This document shows, piece after piece, positions 1-12,104 of a DNA stretch of 64,000 bases; the stretch's first letter is position 1; every line of letters starts with the position of its first letter. The stretch is from assembly GCA_949358305.1 (NCBI GenBank), contig OX442314.1, forward strand, positions 18,600,001 through 18,664,000, in the 5' to 3' direction. Made by a program: the position numbers and the translations under genes. A model generated the notes under the pieces. The model did no database searches, was not told the origin of the DNA, and saw only the letters and a program-made list of their open reading frames with translations. This stretch comes from Strigamia acuminata. Its lineage: Eukaryota.

Positions 1-3000
1 CCTCCAAACGACTTTTAAACAACCTCTAAATAACCTCAAAACGACCTTCAAATAGCCCCCAAACGATCTCCAAACGATCTCCAAACGACCTCCAAACAAC
101 CTCCAAACGACCCTCAAACGACCTCCAAACGACCCCCAAACCTACAAAAGACCCCCAAACCTACAAACGACCCCCAAACAGCCTCCAAACAACTCAAATG
201 ACCTCCAAATGACCTCAAACAACCTCCAAATGACCCCCAAACAACCTCCAAATGACCCCCAAACAACCTTCATACGGCTCTCAAACGAACCTCCAAACGA
301 CCCTCAAACGACCTCCAAATGACTCCCAAACGACCTCCAAATAACCTCCAAACAACACCCAAACGACCTCCAAACAACCTTCATATGACCTCCAAACGAC
401 TCCCAAACAACCTCCAAACGACCTTCAAATGGCCCCCAAACGACCTCCAAACAACCTCCAAACGACCCCCAAACGACCTTCAAACAACTCCCAAACAATC
501 TTCAAATGATCGCAAGCAGCTCCCAAACGACCTCTAAATGACTTCCAAACAACCCCCAAACGACCTCCAAACGACCCTCAAACGATCTCCAAATGGCCCT
601 TAAGTGGCTCCCAAACGACCTCCAAACGACTCCCAAACGACTTTTAAACAACCTCCAAATAACCTCCAAACGACCTTCAAACGGCTCCCAAACAACCTCC
701 AAACGACCCCCAAACAATCTTCATAAGACCCCTTAACAGCCTCTAAACGACTTCCAAACGACCCCCAAACAATCTTCAAATGATCCCAAACAGCTCCCAA
801 ACAACCTCTAAATGACCCCCAAACGACCTTCAAACGGCTCTCAAATGACCCATAAACAACCTCCAAACGACCCCCAAACCTACAAACGACCCCCAAACCT
901 ACAAACGATCCCCAAACAGCCTCCAAACGACTCAAATGACCTCCAAATGACCTCAAACAACCTCCAAATGACCTCAAACAACCTCCAAATGACCCGCAAA
1001 CGACTTTCATATGGCTCTCAAACGACCCACAAACAACCTCCAAACGACCCTCAAACGACCTCCAAATGGCCCCCAAACGGCTCCCAAACGACTCCCAAAC
1101 GACCTCCAAACGACTTTTAAACAACCTCTAAATAACCTCGAAACGACCTTCAAATAGCCCCCAAACGATCTCCAAACGATCTCCAAACGACCTCCAAACA
1201 ACCTCCAAACGACCCTCAAACGACCTCCAAACGACCCCCAAACCTTTAAACGACCCCCAAACCTACAAAAGACCCCCAAACCTACAAACGACCCCCAAAC
1301 AGCCTCCAAACAACTCAAATGACCTCCAAATGACCTCAAACAACCTCCAAATGACCCCCAAACAACCTTCATACGGCTCTCAAACGAACCTCCAAACGAC
1401 CCTCAAACGACCTCCAAATGACTCCCAAACGACCTCCAAATAACCTCCAAACAACACCCAAACGACCTCCAAACAACCTTCATATGACCTCCAAACGACT
1501 CCCAAACAACCTCCAAACGACCTTCAAATGGCCCCCAAACGACCTCCAAACAACCTCCAAACGACCCCCAAACCTACAAACGATCCCCAAATCCTACAAA
1601 CGACCCCCAAACAGCCTCCAAACGACTCAAATGGCCTCCAAATAACCTCAAACAACCACCAAATGACCTCAAACAACCTCCAAATGACCTTTAAATGACC
1701 TTGAAACAATCCCCAAACAACCTCCAAATGTCCCCCAAACGACCTTCAAACGACCCCCAAACGACCTCCAAACAACTCCCAAACGACCTCCAAACAACTC
1801 TCAAACGAGCTCCAAACAACCTCCAAACCTCCAAACAACCCCCAAACAACCTCCAAACAACCCCCAAACAATCCCGAAACGACCCCCAAACAATCCCGAA
1901 ACGACCCCAAAACAATCCCGAAACGACCCCAAAACAATTCCCAAACGATCCCAAAAAGACCCTCAAACAACGCCCAAACAACCTCTAAACCACCCTCAAA
2001 CGACCCCAAACAACTCTCAAACGATTCCCAAACAATCCTCAAACAACCCTTAAACGACTCCCAAACGACTCGCAAACGACCGCCAAACAATCCCCAAACA
2101 GCTCCAAAACGACCTCCAAACAATCTTCAAATGATCCCAAACGGCTCCCAAACAACTTCCAAACGGCTCCCAAACGACCCCCAAACGACCTTCAAACAAC
2201 TCCCAAACAATCTTCAAATGATCCCAAGCGGCTCTTAAACGACCTCTAAATGACTCTCAAACGACCTCCAAACGACCCTCAAACGACTTTTAAACAACCT
2301 TCAAATAACCTCCAAACGACCTTCAAACGGCTCCCAAACGACCTCCAAACGACCCCCAAACAATCTTCATAAGATCCCCTAACAGCCTCTAAACGACTCC
2401 CAAACGACCCCCAAACAATCTTCAAATGATCCCAAACAGCTCCCAAACAACCTCTAAATGACCCCCAAACGACCTTCAAACAGCTCTCAAATGACCCACA
2501 AACAACCTCCAAACGATCCCTAAACCTACAAACGATCCCCAAACAGCTTCCAAACAACTCAAATGACCTCCAAATGACCTCAAACAACCTCCAAATGACC
2601 TCAAACAACCTCCAAATAACCCGCAAACGACCTCCATATGGCTCTCAAACGACCCACAAACAACCTCCAAACGACCCTCAAACGACCTCCAAACGACCCC
2701 CAAACCTTTAAACGACCCCCAAACCTACAAAAGACCCCCAAACCTACAAACGACCCCCAAACAGCCTCCAAACGACTCAAATGACCTCCAAATGACCTCA
2801 AACAACCTCCAAATGACCCCCAAACAACCTTCATACGGCTCTCAAACGAACCTTTAAACGACCCTCAAACGACCTCCAAATGACCTCAAACAACCTCCAA
2901 ATGACCTTTAAATGACCCTGAAACAATCCCCAAACAACCTCCAAATGTCCCCCAAACGACCTTCAAACGACCCCCAAACGACCTCCAAACAACTCCCAAA

Positions 3001-4770
3001 CGACCTCCAAACAACTCTCAAACGAGCTCCAAACAACCTCCAAACCTCCAAACAACCCCCAAACAACCTCCAAACAACCCCCAAACAATCCCGAAACGAC
3101 CCCCAAACAATCCCGAAACGACCCCAAAACAATCCCGAAACGACCCCAAAACAATTCCCAAACGATCCCAAAAAGACCCTCAAACAACGCCCAAACAACC
3201 TCTAAACGACCCTCAAACGACCCCAAACAACTCTCAAACGATTCCCAAACAATCCTCAAACAACCCTTAAACGACTCCCAAACGACTCGCAAACGACCGC
3301 CAAACAATCCCCAAACAGCTCCAAAACGACCTCCAAACAATCTTCAAATGATCCCAAACGGCTCCCAAACAACTTCCAAACGGCTCCCAAACGACCCCCA
3401 AACGACCTTCAAACAACTCCCAAACAATCTTCAAATGATCCCAAGCGGCTCTTAAACGACCTCTAAATGACTCTCAAACGACCTCCAAACGACCCTCAAA
3501 CGACTTTTAAACAACCTTCAAATAACCTCCAAACGACCTTCAAACGGCTCCCAAACGACCTCCAAACGACCCCCAAACAATCTTCATAAGATCCCCTAAC
3601 AGCCTCTAAACGACTCCCAAACGACCCCCAAACAATCTTCAAATGATCCCAAACAGCTCCCAAACAACCTCTAAATGACCCCCAAACGACCTTCAAACAG
3701 CTCTCAAATGACCCACAAACAACCTCCAAACGATCCCTAAACCTACAAACGATCCCCAAACAGCTTCCAAACAACTCAAATGACCTCCAAATGACCTCAA
3801 ACAACCTCCAAATGACCTCAAACAACCTCCAAATAACCCGCAAACGACCTCCATATGGCTCTCAAACGACCCACAAACAACCTCCAAACGACCCTCAAAC
3901 GACCTCCAAATGGCCCCCAAACGGCTCCCAAACGACTCCCAAACGACCTCCAAACAACTTTTAAACAACCTCCAAATAACCTCCAAACGACCATCAAATA
4001 GCCCCCAAACGATCTCCAAACAACCTCCAAACGACCCTCAAACGACCTCCAAACGACCCCCAAACCTTTAAACGACCCCCAAACCTACAAAAGACCCCCA
4101 AACCTACAAACGACCCCCAAACAGCCTCCAAACGACTCAAATGACCTCCAAATGACCTCAAACAACCTCCAAATGACCCCCAAACAACCTTCATACGGCT
4201 CTCAAACGAACCTTTAAACGACCCTCAAACGACCTCCAAATGGCTCCCAAACGACCTCCAAATAACCTCCAAACGACCTTTAAACAACCTTCATACAACC
4301 TCCAAACGACCTTCAAATGACCCTCTAACGACCTCCAAACAACTCCCAAACAACCTCCAAACGACCTTCAAATGGCCCCCAAACGACCTCCAAACAACCC
4401 CCAAACGACCTCCAAACGACCCCCAAACCTACAAACGACCCCCAAACAGCCTCCAAACGACTCAAATGACCTCCAAATGACCTCAAACAACCACCAAATG
4501 ACCTTTAAATGACCCTGAAACGACCCCCAAACAACCTCCAAATGTCCCCCAAACGACCTTCAAACAACCCCCAAACGACCTCCAAACAACTCCCAAACGA
4601 CCTCCAAACAACCCTCAAACGAGCTCCAAACAACCCCCAAACCTCCAAACAACCTCTAAACGACCCTCGCACGACCCAAACGACTCTCAAACGACCCCAA
4701 ACGACTCTCAAACGATTCCCAAACAACCCTCAAACAACCCTTAAACGACTACCAAACGACCCCAAACGAA
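1..4770. repeat. Satellite/minisatellite array, ~11-bp monomer (consensus ~CAAACGACCTC), with higher-order duplications; runs off the left edge of the window
   Basis: Hundreds of degenerate caaacgacctc/caaacaacctc/caaatgacctc units; C/A-rich and G-poor on +. Long blocks are duplicated, e.g. ORF-track peptides 1695..1988 and 2912..3205 are identical at an offset of 1217 bp. Confidence 0.97.
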
Positions 4771-4930
4771 CGTTTTTTCGATAAAAACAAACGTTTTTTG
4801 ATAAAAATAAACATTTTTTCAATAAAACAACCTTTTTTTTTTATAAAAACTAACGTTTTTAGATAAAAATAAACATTTTTTCGATAAAACAAACGTTTTT
4901 TGACAAAAACGAACATTTTTTCGGTTAAAA
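4766..4930. repeat. Short tandem array of ~20-21 bp units (AAACGTTTTTTCGATAAAAAC-like)
   Basis: About 8 degenerate copies of aaac(g/a)tttttt(c)gataaaa directly abut the 11-bp satellite. Confidence 0.85.
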
Positions 4931-5386
4931 TGGATGTTTTACTATTATGTCAAGTTATAAACCTTTACTTGATTGTTGTTTGGCTGACAAATGACTAATG
5001 CACATGCACCAATCGCGAAAGTAAAAAGTGAAAGGAAGAAAAGTAAACGGATCGCTACCTTTGGCTAAAGTCACTTTGGCTACTTTCCTTTCAGAAATAA
5101 TGACGTTTTTGATGGCACTTCCGGTGTCGAAAGTGACGAAAGGAAAGATTCTTCTTCCCTTTCGCAAATTAAACGCACCTAATGTTTAAAAATCAACTTG
5201 AACTTTAGTTAAATCAAGTTTACCCATGTAATCAAAAGTTGTATTTAATTTATTTTTATTTTTAAAAAGTAGCCGTTGCGTTATCATTGCCATTAAAAAA
5301 AATTGTATAACCTAAATTTTGTCATTTTCTTTTCATTATTTCTAAACCTCTCCACCAGATGGTACACAATCCAATATCACACAAAA

Positions 5387-5757
5387 AAACTTCTCTTCAG
5401 TTTAGCTATTTTAAGTTTATCTACCAAATAAAATGAAAATCCATTGAGATTTAATGACATCAGTCTTGGCCCAGTCACTTGACTGGACAATGTGGTCAAC
5501 TGTCCTGCCTTGACAACAGCAGAGTCAATAGCAGGGGCTGACCCATCCGGACTTTATCATGTAGATGTAGTATTGTGAGCATGTGAGGTACAGATCCAGG
5601 GGGACATGGGGGCCATTGCCCCCCAAAATATTTTCTAGATCCATCCTTGGTCAATTGACTGACATTAGACCGGGCATATGCTGACATCATTAAATCTCAA
5701 TGAATTTTTATTTTACTTGGTAGATAAACTTAAAAGAGCTAAACTGAAGAGAAGTTT
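5387..5757. mobile_element. Fold-back/MITE-like element with ~77-bp inverted arms
   Basis: 5387-5463 (aaacttctcttcagtttagct...atttaatgacatcag) is the near reverse complement of 5681-5757 (ctgacatcattaaat...agctaaactgaagagaagttt). Confidence 0.7.
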
Positions 5758-6052
5758 GACGGACAAAGTAGAGTTTACCAATTTTGCACATATTACGGAT
5801 CAACCATGTGATCAAATGTTGTATTTAATTAATATTTTTTTAAAAAAAATAGCGATTCCATTATGTACCATTAAAAATTGTATAACCTTATTGATTTTTT
5901 CTTATGATTTCTGAATTTCTCCACCAGATGACACAATCAAATAGATAAAATTCCCTGTACTATACAGACGTACAAGAATTAAGAAGTATTATTCAAAATT
6001 CTGTGTGACGCCTATAATTAACGTAATATCACATTTCGATTAGTCATTCATC

Positions 6053-9000
6053 ATGAGGTACATAAATTTAAAAACAGAAGCAACAGACCCGTATGAAAGA
6101 ATCACTTCGTTAGGCTGTGGGCCTAATTTCATTCTCAATCGAAGAAGTGATTTTGAATCGATGATAAAGGATCAAGTAATAAACGATGTGTGTAGAAGAT
6201 TTGTATATTTTAAACATGTTTTGAATTGTTAGGGTGTGACATTTTGGTTTCGATTCTGGTTATCCTTTTGTGAAAACCCAGGATGCAAGGAACTGAGAAA
6301 GGTGCCATAAAATAAGGAACAAAGAAACAAAATAGCAATTTACAAGATAAACAATAAGATTAAAACAATTATAACTATTTAGATTCAAGAAAAATTTCCA
6401 GATATGAGCAGCTATGCTAATATTCAAATACACAAACATTTTCTAGAAAGTAAACAGCGAGTAGTGCTATGCAATATTCTGCTATTTGTACCCAAAAGAA
6501 ATGTATTTTCTAATTTTTTTTTTTATAAAAATCAGGATCTAACAAAGAAGCAACAAAATACTGTCTGGATAAAATTACTAAACTTTCAAGATACTCAAGT
6601 AAAAAAAAGTACCTTACAAATGCTTTTATCTTAATTACAAACTACAAATATTAGGTCAAAAAAATCTTTTCTATGAAAACTTTGAAGAACAAGTACAAGA
6701 TGTAGTAAGTTGTTATAAACCAGGCATATTCATTTTGATGGCATCCCCCAGTGCTAAAGTTCTGCAAAGTTACTTCCAAAAATACTTGTACATTCATCTT
6801 CAGATTCTTCACAGATGCGAAAACAAATTAGAATTTATGATAAATTTTCTTGCACTTCTGGTATTACGAGTCGATCCGAGACGGGTATAAGATTATCAGG
6901 ATAATTTTTCCTTCTCGAGTAAACCGACGACTGATGTTATCACAAAAATTTAATTCAAAATCAAAGTTTCGTAAAAACTTCTAGAACTTCAGCACTGGTG
7001 TTAGTGCCATACTGTAGTGAAGTTGACAAAATTGTAGCAGACTTCCCTTTAGTATTGGATATATTACTGAGTTAGTACTGTTTGAACCCAAGTTTTGTCA
7101 TTTGTACTCTGTTAGGAATAAAATAAACATTAAATGGGTGAAAAAACATGCTAGTTACACACGTGTATCGTGTGTTAATGTGAGTAGCCTAAGTTCACTA
7201 ATCAATTCCATTTTCATTTATTAGTTGCAGGAATGCGCCGAAATAGCTTTTGGTGCTAGAATTTGCACGCTGTTTTACACATGGTTAATTGCAAGCAAAA
7301 CCATAATTACAAACCAAAACTACTGGTCAGTACCCACCAGATACAGGAAAGATAATTTTAAACCGGGAATACTAGAAGCATTTCTGGTTGACAAATGGGA
7401 GGATAATTTGCTATCACTTTTGGACTTTGGGCACATAAAACCGAAATGGCTGAACACATTATTGAAGGAAAGTCCTCTTTCAATGGAACGCTATTTGAAA
7501 GGACAAGACATAAATGAGTTGAATAACTTAACGGAACAAATAAAAACATACAGACGCAGACGCAGACTGCAGGTTGAGGCAGCTGACGAACCCTTGAACA
7601 AAACACAGGCCGAAATTGGAAAATTAGTAAGTTAATAAGTCATTATTTTCATTTCGTGTCTAAACGGTTACGTTTTCTTATCCCAAAGCTGATGAGTAAA
7701 AATGGCAGCAAAAGTCGTAGCACAAAAAATGATTCAATTAATTCACGTAAAGCGTTAAATAAACGACAGTGCGCTTATTGTCACACGTTTGAGTACATCT
7801 ACGCAAAATTTAAAAAATGCAAAAAGTAAAGGTTTTACGACGAGACAAGTAAATTAGATTCACTAACTTTGTTAAAACACATTTTTTCAGATGTGAAATC
7901 GAAACATGGAAACACCCAAGATACTATTGCAGTGATAGTTGCCTTGGTAAATAAATTGAAGTTGAACCAGTTTGATCTAACAATCATAGTACCTCAATAT
8001 CATTTAATCGTGTTGAGTGAAGTTTGTTCATTTCATCGTCGATCATTTTGTCTCCTGGGTCGTCTAACTGAGCAGAGAGGCGAGTCCCCTGCTCAGTTTT
8101 CACCCACCATGCCTTAACTGGGCCCCATAAAGTAAAATATAGTTAAACAAATCAAACTAACAAGAATTCTGTTTTTAATGATGAAAAATAAATCCTAACT
8201 GCACAGGATAGAAACGACTCACCATGCTGTTCATACAGTTGACCAGCATGAGAACAGTCCCATCAGAAAACGTGCATTGACCATAGTCAGTCCATCCGTG
8301 GAAAAAAAAACTTCCCTTATATACCGCAGTATCACTGTATTCAAGGAAAATTTATATTTCCACCAGCGTACCTTAACCCTAGCAGTACAAACCTAAAATA
8401 AATCCCTTACTCACCCAACTCGGGTCATTTTTCACCTAAAGTCAAAAAGAAATTTCCAAAAATTTCTGAAAATGATTCTATTCTTTGACTATTTCATGTT
8501 TATGAAGAAATTTAACCAATTCGGTATTTGTCGAATGAGTGCAACAAAATAATTGAGATTGAATTAAAAAGGAATTTTGTGATATAAAAATTTTTAAATT
8601 TTTAAATCTATTATTTTTTTTATTGTTTGTTATGATGTTTAATGAAAATACCTGAATTTAAAAAAGAAAATTCCATTAGTTTCCGAGAAAACAAATAAAA
8701 TTGCCCCTTGGTTGGGGCAGGGAGGGTTAATCAGGCACGGGTAAGAAACAACTGAGATTCCCAACAGCAGTGACAGACTGACCAGGGTATCAGCTTGACG
8801 GATGGCAAGTGGGCTCTCTGGGCCCCTGATAAAGTGGGCCCCTTAAACATTAAACACTATGTTAAAAATATAGTAGAAGTTCCAATGTTATAGTTCTCGG
8901 TGGACCCTCTCTGTCTTTTGACAACCAATATTTTTATACCCAGTCTGCCACTCCCCAACAGGCCACCCATGACTCATTCAAGTACAGTTTCGATGGCAAG

Positions 9001-9377
9001 AATATCTGCCACCCACCTCCAACTGGGTCGTTTTTTGATGTTTTCCCAGTCCTCATGGAAATGCTAGGTTGGGTCCTCAGGAAATTCGTCCCACGGACTG
9101 CGCTTGCATATCCTCATAACCCTCATGGTCATGCATGAAATAATGACCGTAAGTGTAGTAAATACAAAAATGTATACAGTTAATGGGTTTAATTGTGTAC
9201 AATCACAATTTTTAGTAGATTTTTAATTAAAATTAATATTTCTCGTAATAATAAAGTTCTTTATTTCACAATTAATGATAGTTTGATTTTTCAGTGGAAC
9301 ATTGGTTTCAAGTTCACCAGCAAGAGCATAACAAATTCAATAATAACGTGACAAAAAAGTGCATTTTAGATGACTAA
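6053..9377 (+). CDS. Unknown-family protein with C-terminal MYND-like (C6H2) zinc finger, paralogue 1 (9 exons)
   Basis: Exons 6053-6175, 6233-6301, 6383-6449, 6536-6598, 6655-6704, 7225-7626, 7689-7825, 7891-7946, 9295-9377 are all GT-AG and phase-compatible. Reads MRYINLK..GCGPNFILNR..GVTFWFRFWLSFC..; finger CAYC..CKKC..YYCSDSC..HWFQVHQQEH. Confidence 0.9.
6749..6997. mobile_element. Non-autonomous DNA element (hAT-like CAG termini) in intron 5 of paralogue 1
   Basis: Imperfect TIR cagtgctaaagttct ... agaacttcagcactg; no clean TSD seen. Confidence 0.5.
8377..8726. mobile_element. Possible piggyBac-like non-autonomous element
   Basis: TTAA-CCCT at the left end and AGGG-TTAA at the right end; the TIR match beyond that is weak. 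Confidence 0.4.
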
Positions 9378-9687
9378 AGTTTTAAAAATGTTGCCTGCCA
9401 TTATTTTTTTTTATTATCTCCACTGTCTGAATTAATAATTACATTAAACTTGTGATTGACATAAACATTTCTGTTGTTATAAAATAATCTTTTTAAAAAA
9501 AAATTGAATATTTTTGAATAAAAATAAAATAAAATATGAAGTTAGACTTTCTACCAACAGGAGGAACATAAACTTTTACATAATCATGACAAAAATTTTG
9601 TGTACTTGATTCAAAGTATCAATAGCAAATAACCCCATTTCAAAATTTGTGTGGCGTATCTGAAATTCAAGAAACACGTGCTGCAAA

Positions 9688-11697
9688 ATGCGATTTATTG
9701 AGATAAAAAAGGAATTACACAAGAAGAGTCCATACGAGACAATATTACAATTTGGATGTGGGCCTAACTTTGTTCTCAATCGATGGAATTCATTTGAACA
9801 AATGATTAAAGACCAGGTCGTTTAAAATAATCAATAAATAAATTACTCCTGCTTTAAGTGTCAGCAGGCAAACTAATTTCCTCGTTCCTATCGTATTGAT
9901 TACTGTTTACCTTATAGGGTGTAACATTTTGGTTTAGATGCTGGCTAACATTCTGTTTCAACCCTGGTTGCTCCGATCTCAAAGCGGTATAAATTATATC
10001 ATCAATCATCTAACAATTTCAATGGCTTGTCTAAAACATAGGTACAAAACCAGTGGCCAGAATTAACAAGCAAAGTGTTCATAGATATCCATAACAGGTT
10101 TTTGCAAGGTATGGTTAACACGTGATTGTAATGTGTGCTATATCACCAAATTGTTTGCTTTACTTTTAGGATCTACTCAAGATGCTTGTAAATATTGTGC
10201 CCAAATTATTAGTAGAATGCGTGTGACTTCAGCAAGTACGTCCAAAATACAAACTGCTCTTTTTAAATCTACTTTTCTTTTATTTATTCAGAAAAGGAAC
10301 CAAGTGTCAAAGCGATGGACAAGTTTTCATTTTTAGAACTGGTAATGTGCAGAGTAATAAATATAGAAAAATATATTTATTTCTGTCTCTCCTTTGTAAT
10401 TCAGTTACAAGAATGTTGTGATTTGGCGTTTGGGGCTACTCTGTGTGTCGTGTTTTATAGATGGTTGGTTGCCAAAGATATGGACTCTAAAAATGAAATA
10501 TACTGGACCATTCCTAAGAAGTTTTTGGATCGATATTACAAGCTAAATACTCTCGACGAGTTTCTTGTCTGTCAATGGGGTGAAAATCTAGCCTCACTTA
10601 TGGGTGTCAACGAGCGGCGCCTGCATTGGTTGAAAAGAATGATACTGCATGGAAAAAAGGAGCTCGATTCGACGAAAAAAGATGGCAGTACAACCAAAGA
10701 CAACTTGAACGTATTTATTGAAAAAATTGCAGATGTTATGCGGATAAACAAGCGGAACTGGAAAAATGAAATCGGTTTAGTTGATGAACCGACTACTAAA
10801 CCAAAAAATTTAATCGACAAAAAGGTGAAGTGAACTGGCTTATACAAATATGTTTACAAGTCTCGTTATTTCGCAAACCTCATTTTCTGTAGAGAAATCG
10901 CCTTGAGAGTACAGTCAACACTGAAGACAGCATAACTACCAAAGAAACTGTTGCTTCAAAATTCAAAGGCAAACGCAAAAAATGCTGGTATTGCCATGTT
11001 TACGAAGGAATCCAATCAAAATTTAAAAGATGTAAACAGTAAGTAAACAAAATATAAAATCAACATTGTAAGTTTTAACTTGATGGGCCCTTCAAGGTGT
11101 ATTCACACACTGATTCGTTGTCGTACAGGTCCATTCAAAATTCAAATTTACTACTACTTAAATTACTTAAAGAAGTGAATTCTTAATTGAACACACATTG
11201 TAACGAACAAAAAACAGAAATTGTAATTCCGGAAAAAATGGCAGTTTTGAATAAGAGCCGCGGCTCTTACTTGATAAAATACGGTACACTGTTTAATCAA
11301 ATATACATTAATCATTAGTTGTGGGCAGTGTTGTTTAATTAACGTTTCTGGTGCAGTTTTTTTTTCGTTCTTTCGTTTGGTGTTTAAAATTTTTTTTTTA
11401 CATCATATCATATTTAGAGAAGTCATTCTAGACTAATAAGTTAAACTTTTGAAGATTGAATTTACTTCATTCTTAATTCATTTAATATTTCTAACAGATG
11501 TGCAGCTGAGAATTGGTCATTACCAAGATTCTATTGCAGTGATGAATGCCAAAGTATGTACAGCAAAGTGCTAATTGCATAAATGTTTAATTATCTTTTT
11601 AACTAATTTTTCAGTTGAACATTGGTTTAAATTTCATCACAATGAGCATTGTCAATATATACAAAACCATTCACCTGCAACCACCTCTACGTTTTAA
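9688..11697 (+). CDS. Unknown-family MYND-like zinc-finger protein, paralogue 2
   Basis: MRFIEIKK..GCGPNFVLNR; GVTFWFRCWLTFC; core exon ~10405-10824 (LQECCDLAFGATLCVVFYRWL..YWTIPKK); finger CWYC..CKQC..FYCSDEC..HWFKFHHNEH; stop TAA 11695-11697. Confidence 0.9.
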
Positions 11698-12104
11698 ATT
11701 TTTTTTTTTAAAGAAACTCTGCTTGGCTTCACTCGAGTATCTCATTTTTCCTTTGTCTTAATTAACCAAACTTTGTAGAAAAATAATTATATTTGTTTTC
11801 CAAATTTCGATAAATAAGAAATTAAAAATAAAAAGACAAGAGAAGTAAATTTACGTTATTTCTAAATATATTCTTGAACCTTAGCACAAGCACTGAAAAA
11901 AATTAACTATAAAACTGAAACTTTATCATACCGGTGCCGGGAGTGTTAACAATTACACAGCAGTCTGTTATAATAATCAAATCCACAACATTATTGTAAA
12001 ATTCTCGGCATAAACCAAAAGCCTACACCTTGACAAGGCTTTTAAAACTAAATTTAGAGCAAACTGTGGATGAATTAGGAGTTGTTATAAGCCAGATATT
12101 CAAA

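Noticed and set aside
304..4784. Many ORFs (TPKRPPN.. / FGGRLEVVW..) on both strands
   Set aside because: They are by-products of the 11-bp satellite: the monomer is not a multiple of 3, frames shift constantly and there is no splice structure.
1..4930. CRISPR array or telomeric repeat
   Set aside because: There are no unique spacers, the context is eukaryotic, and the monomer is not TTAGG/TTAGGG-like.
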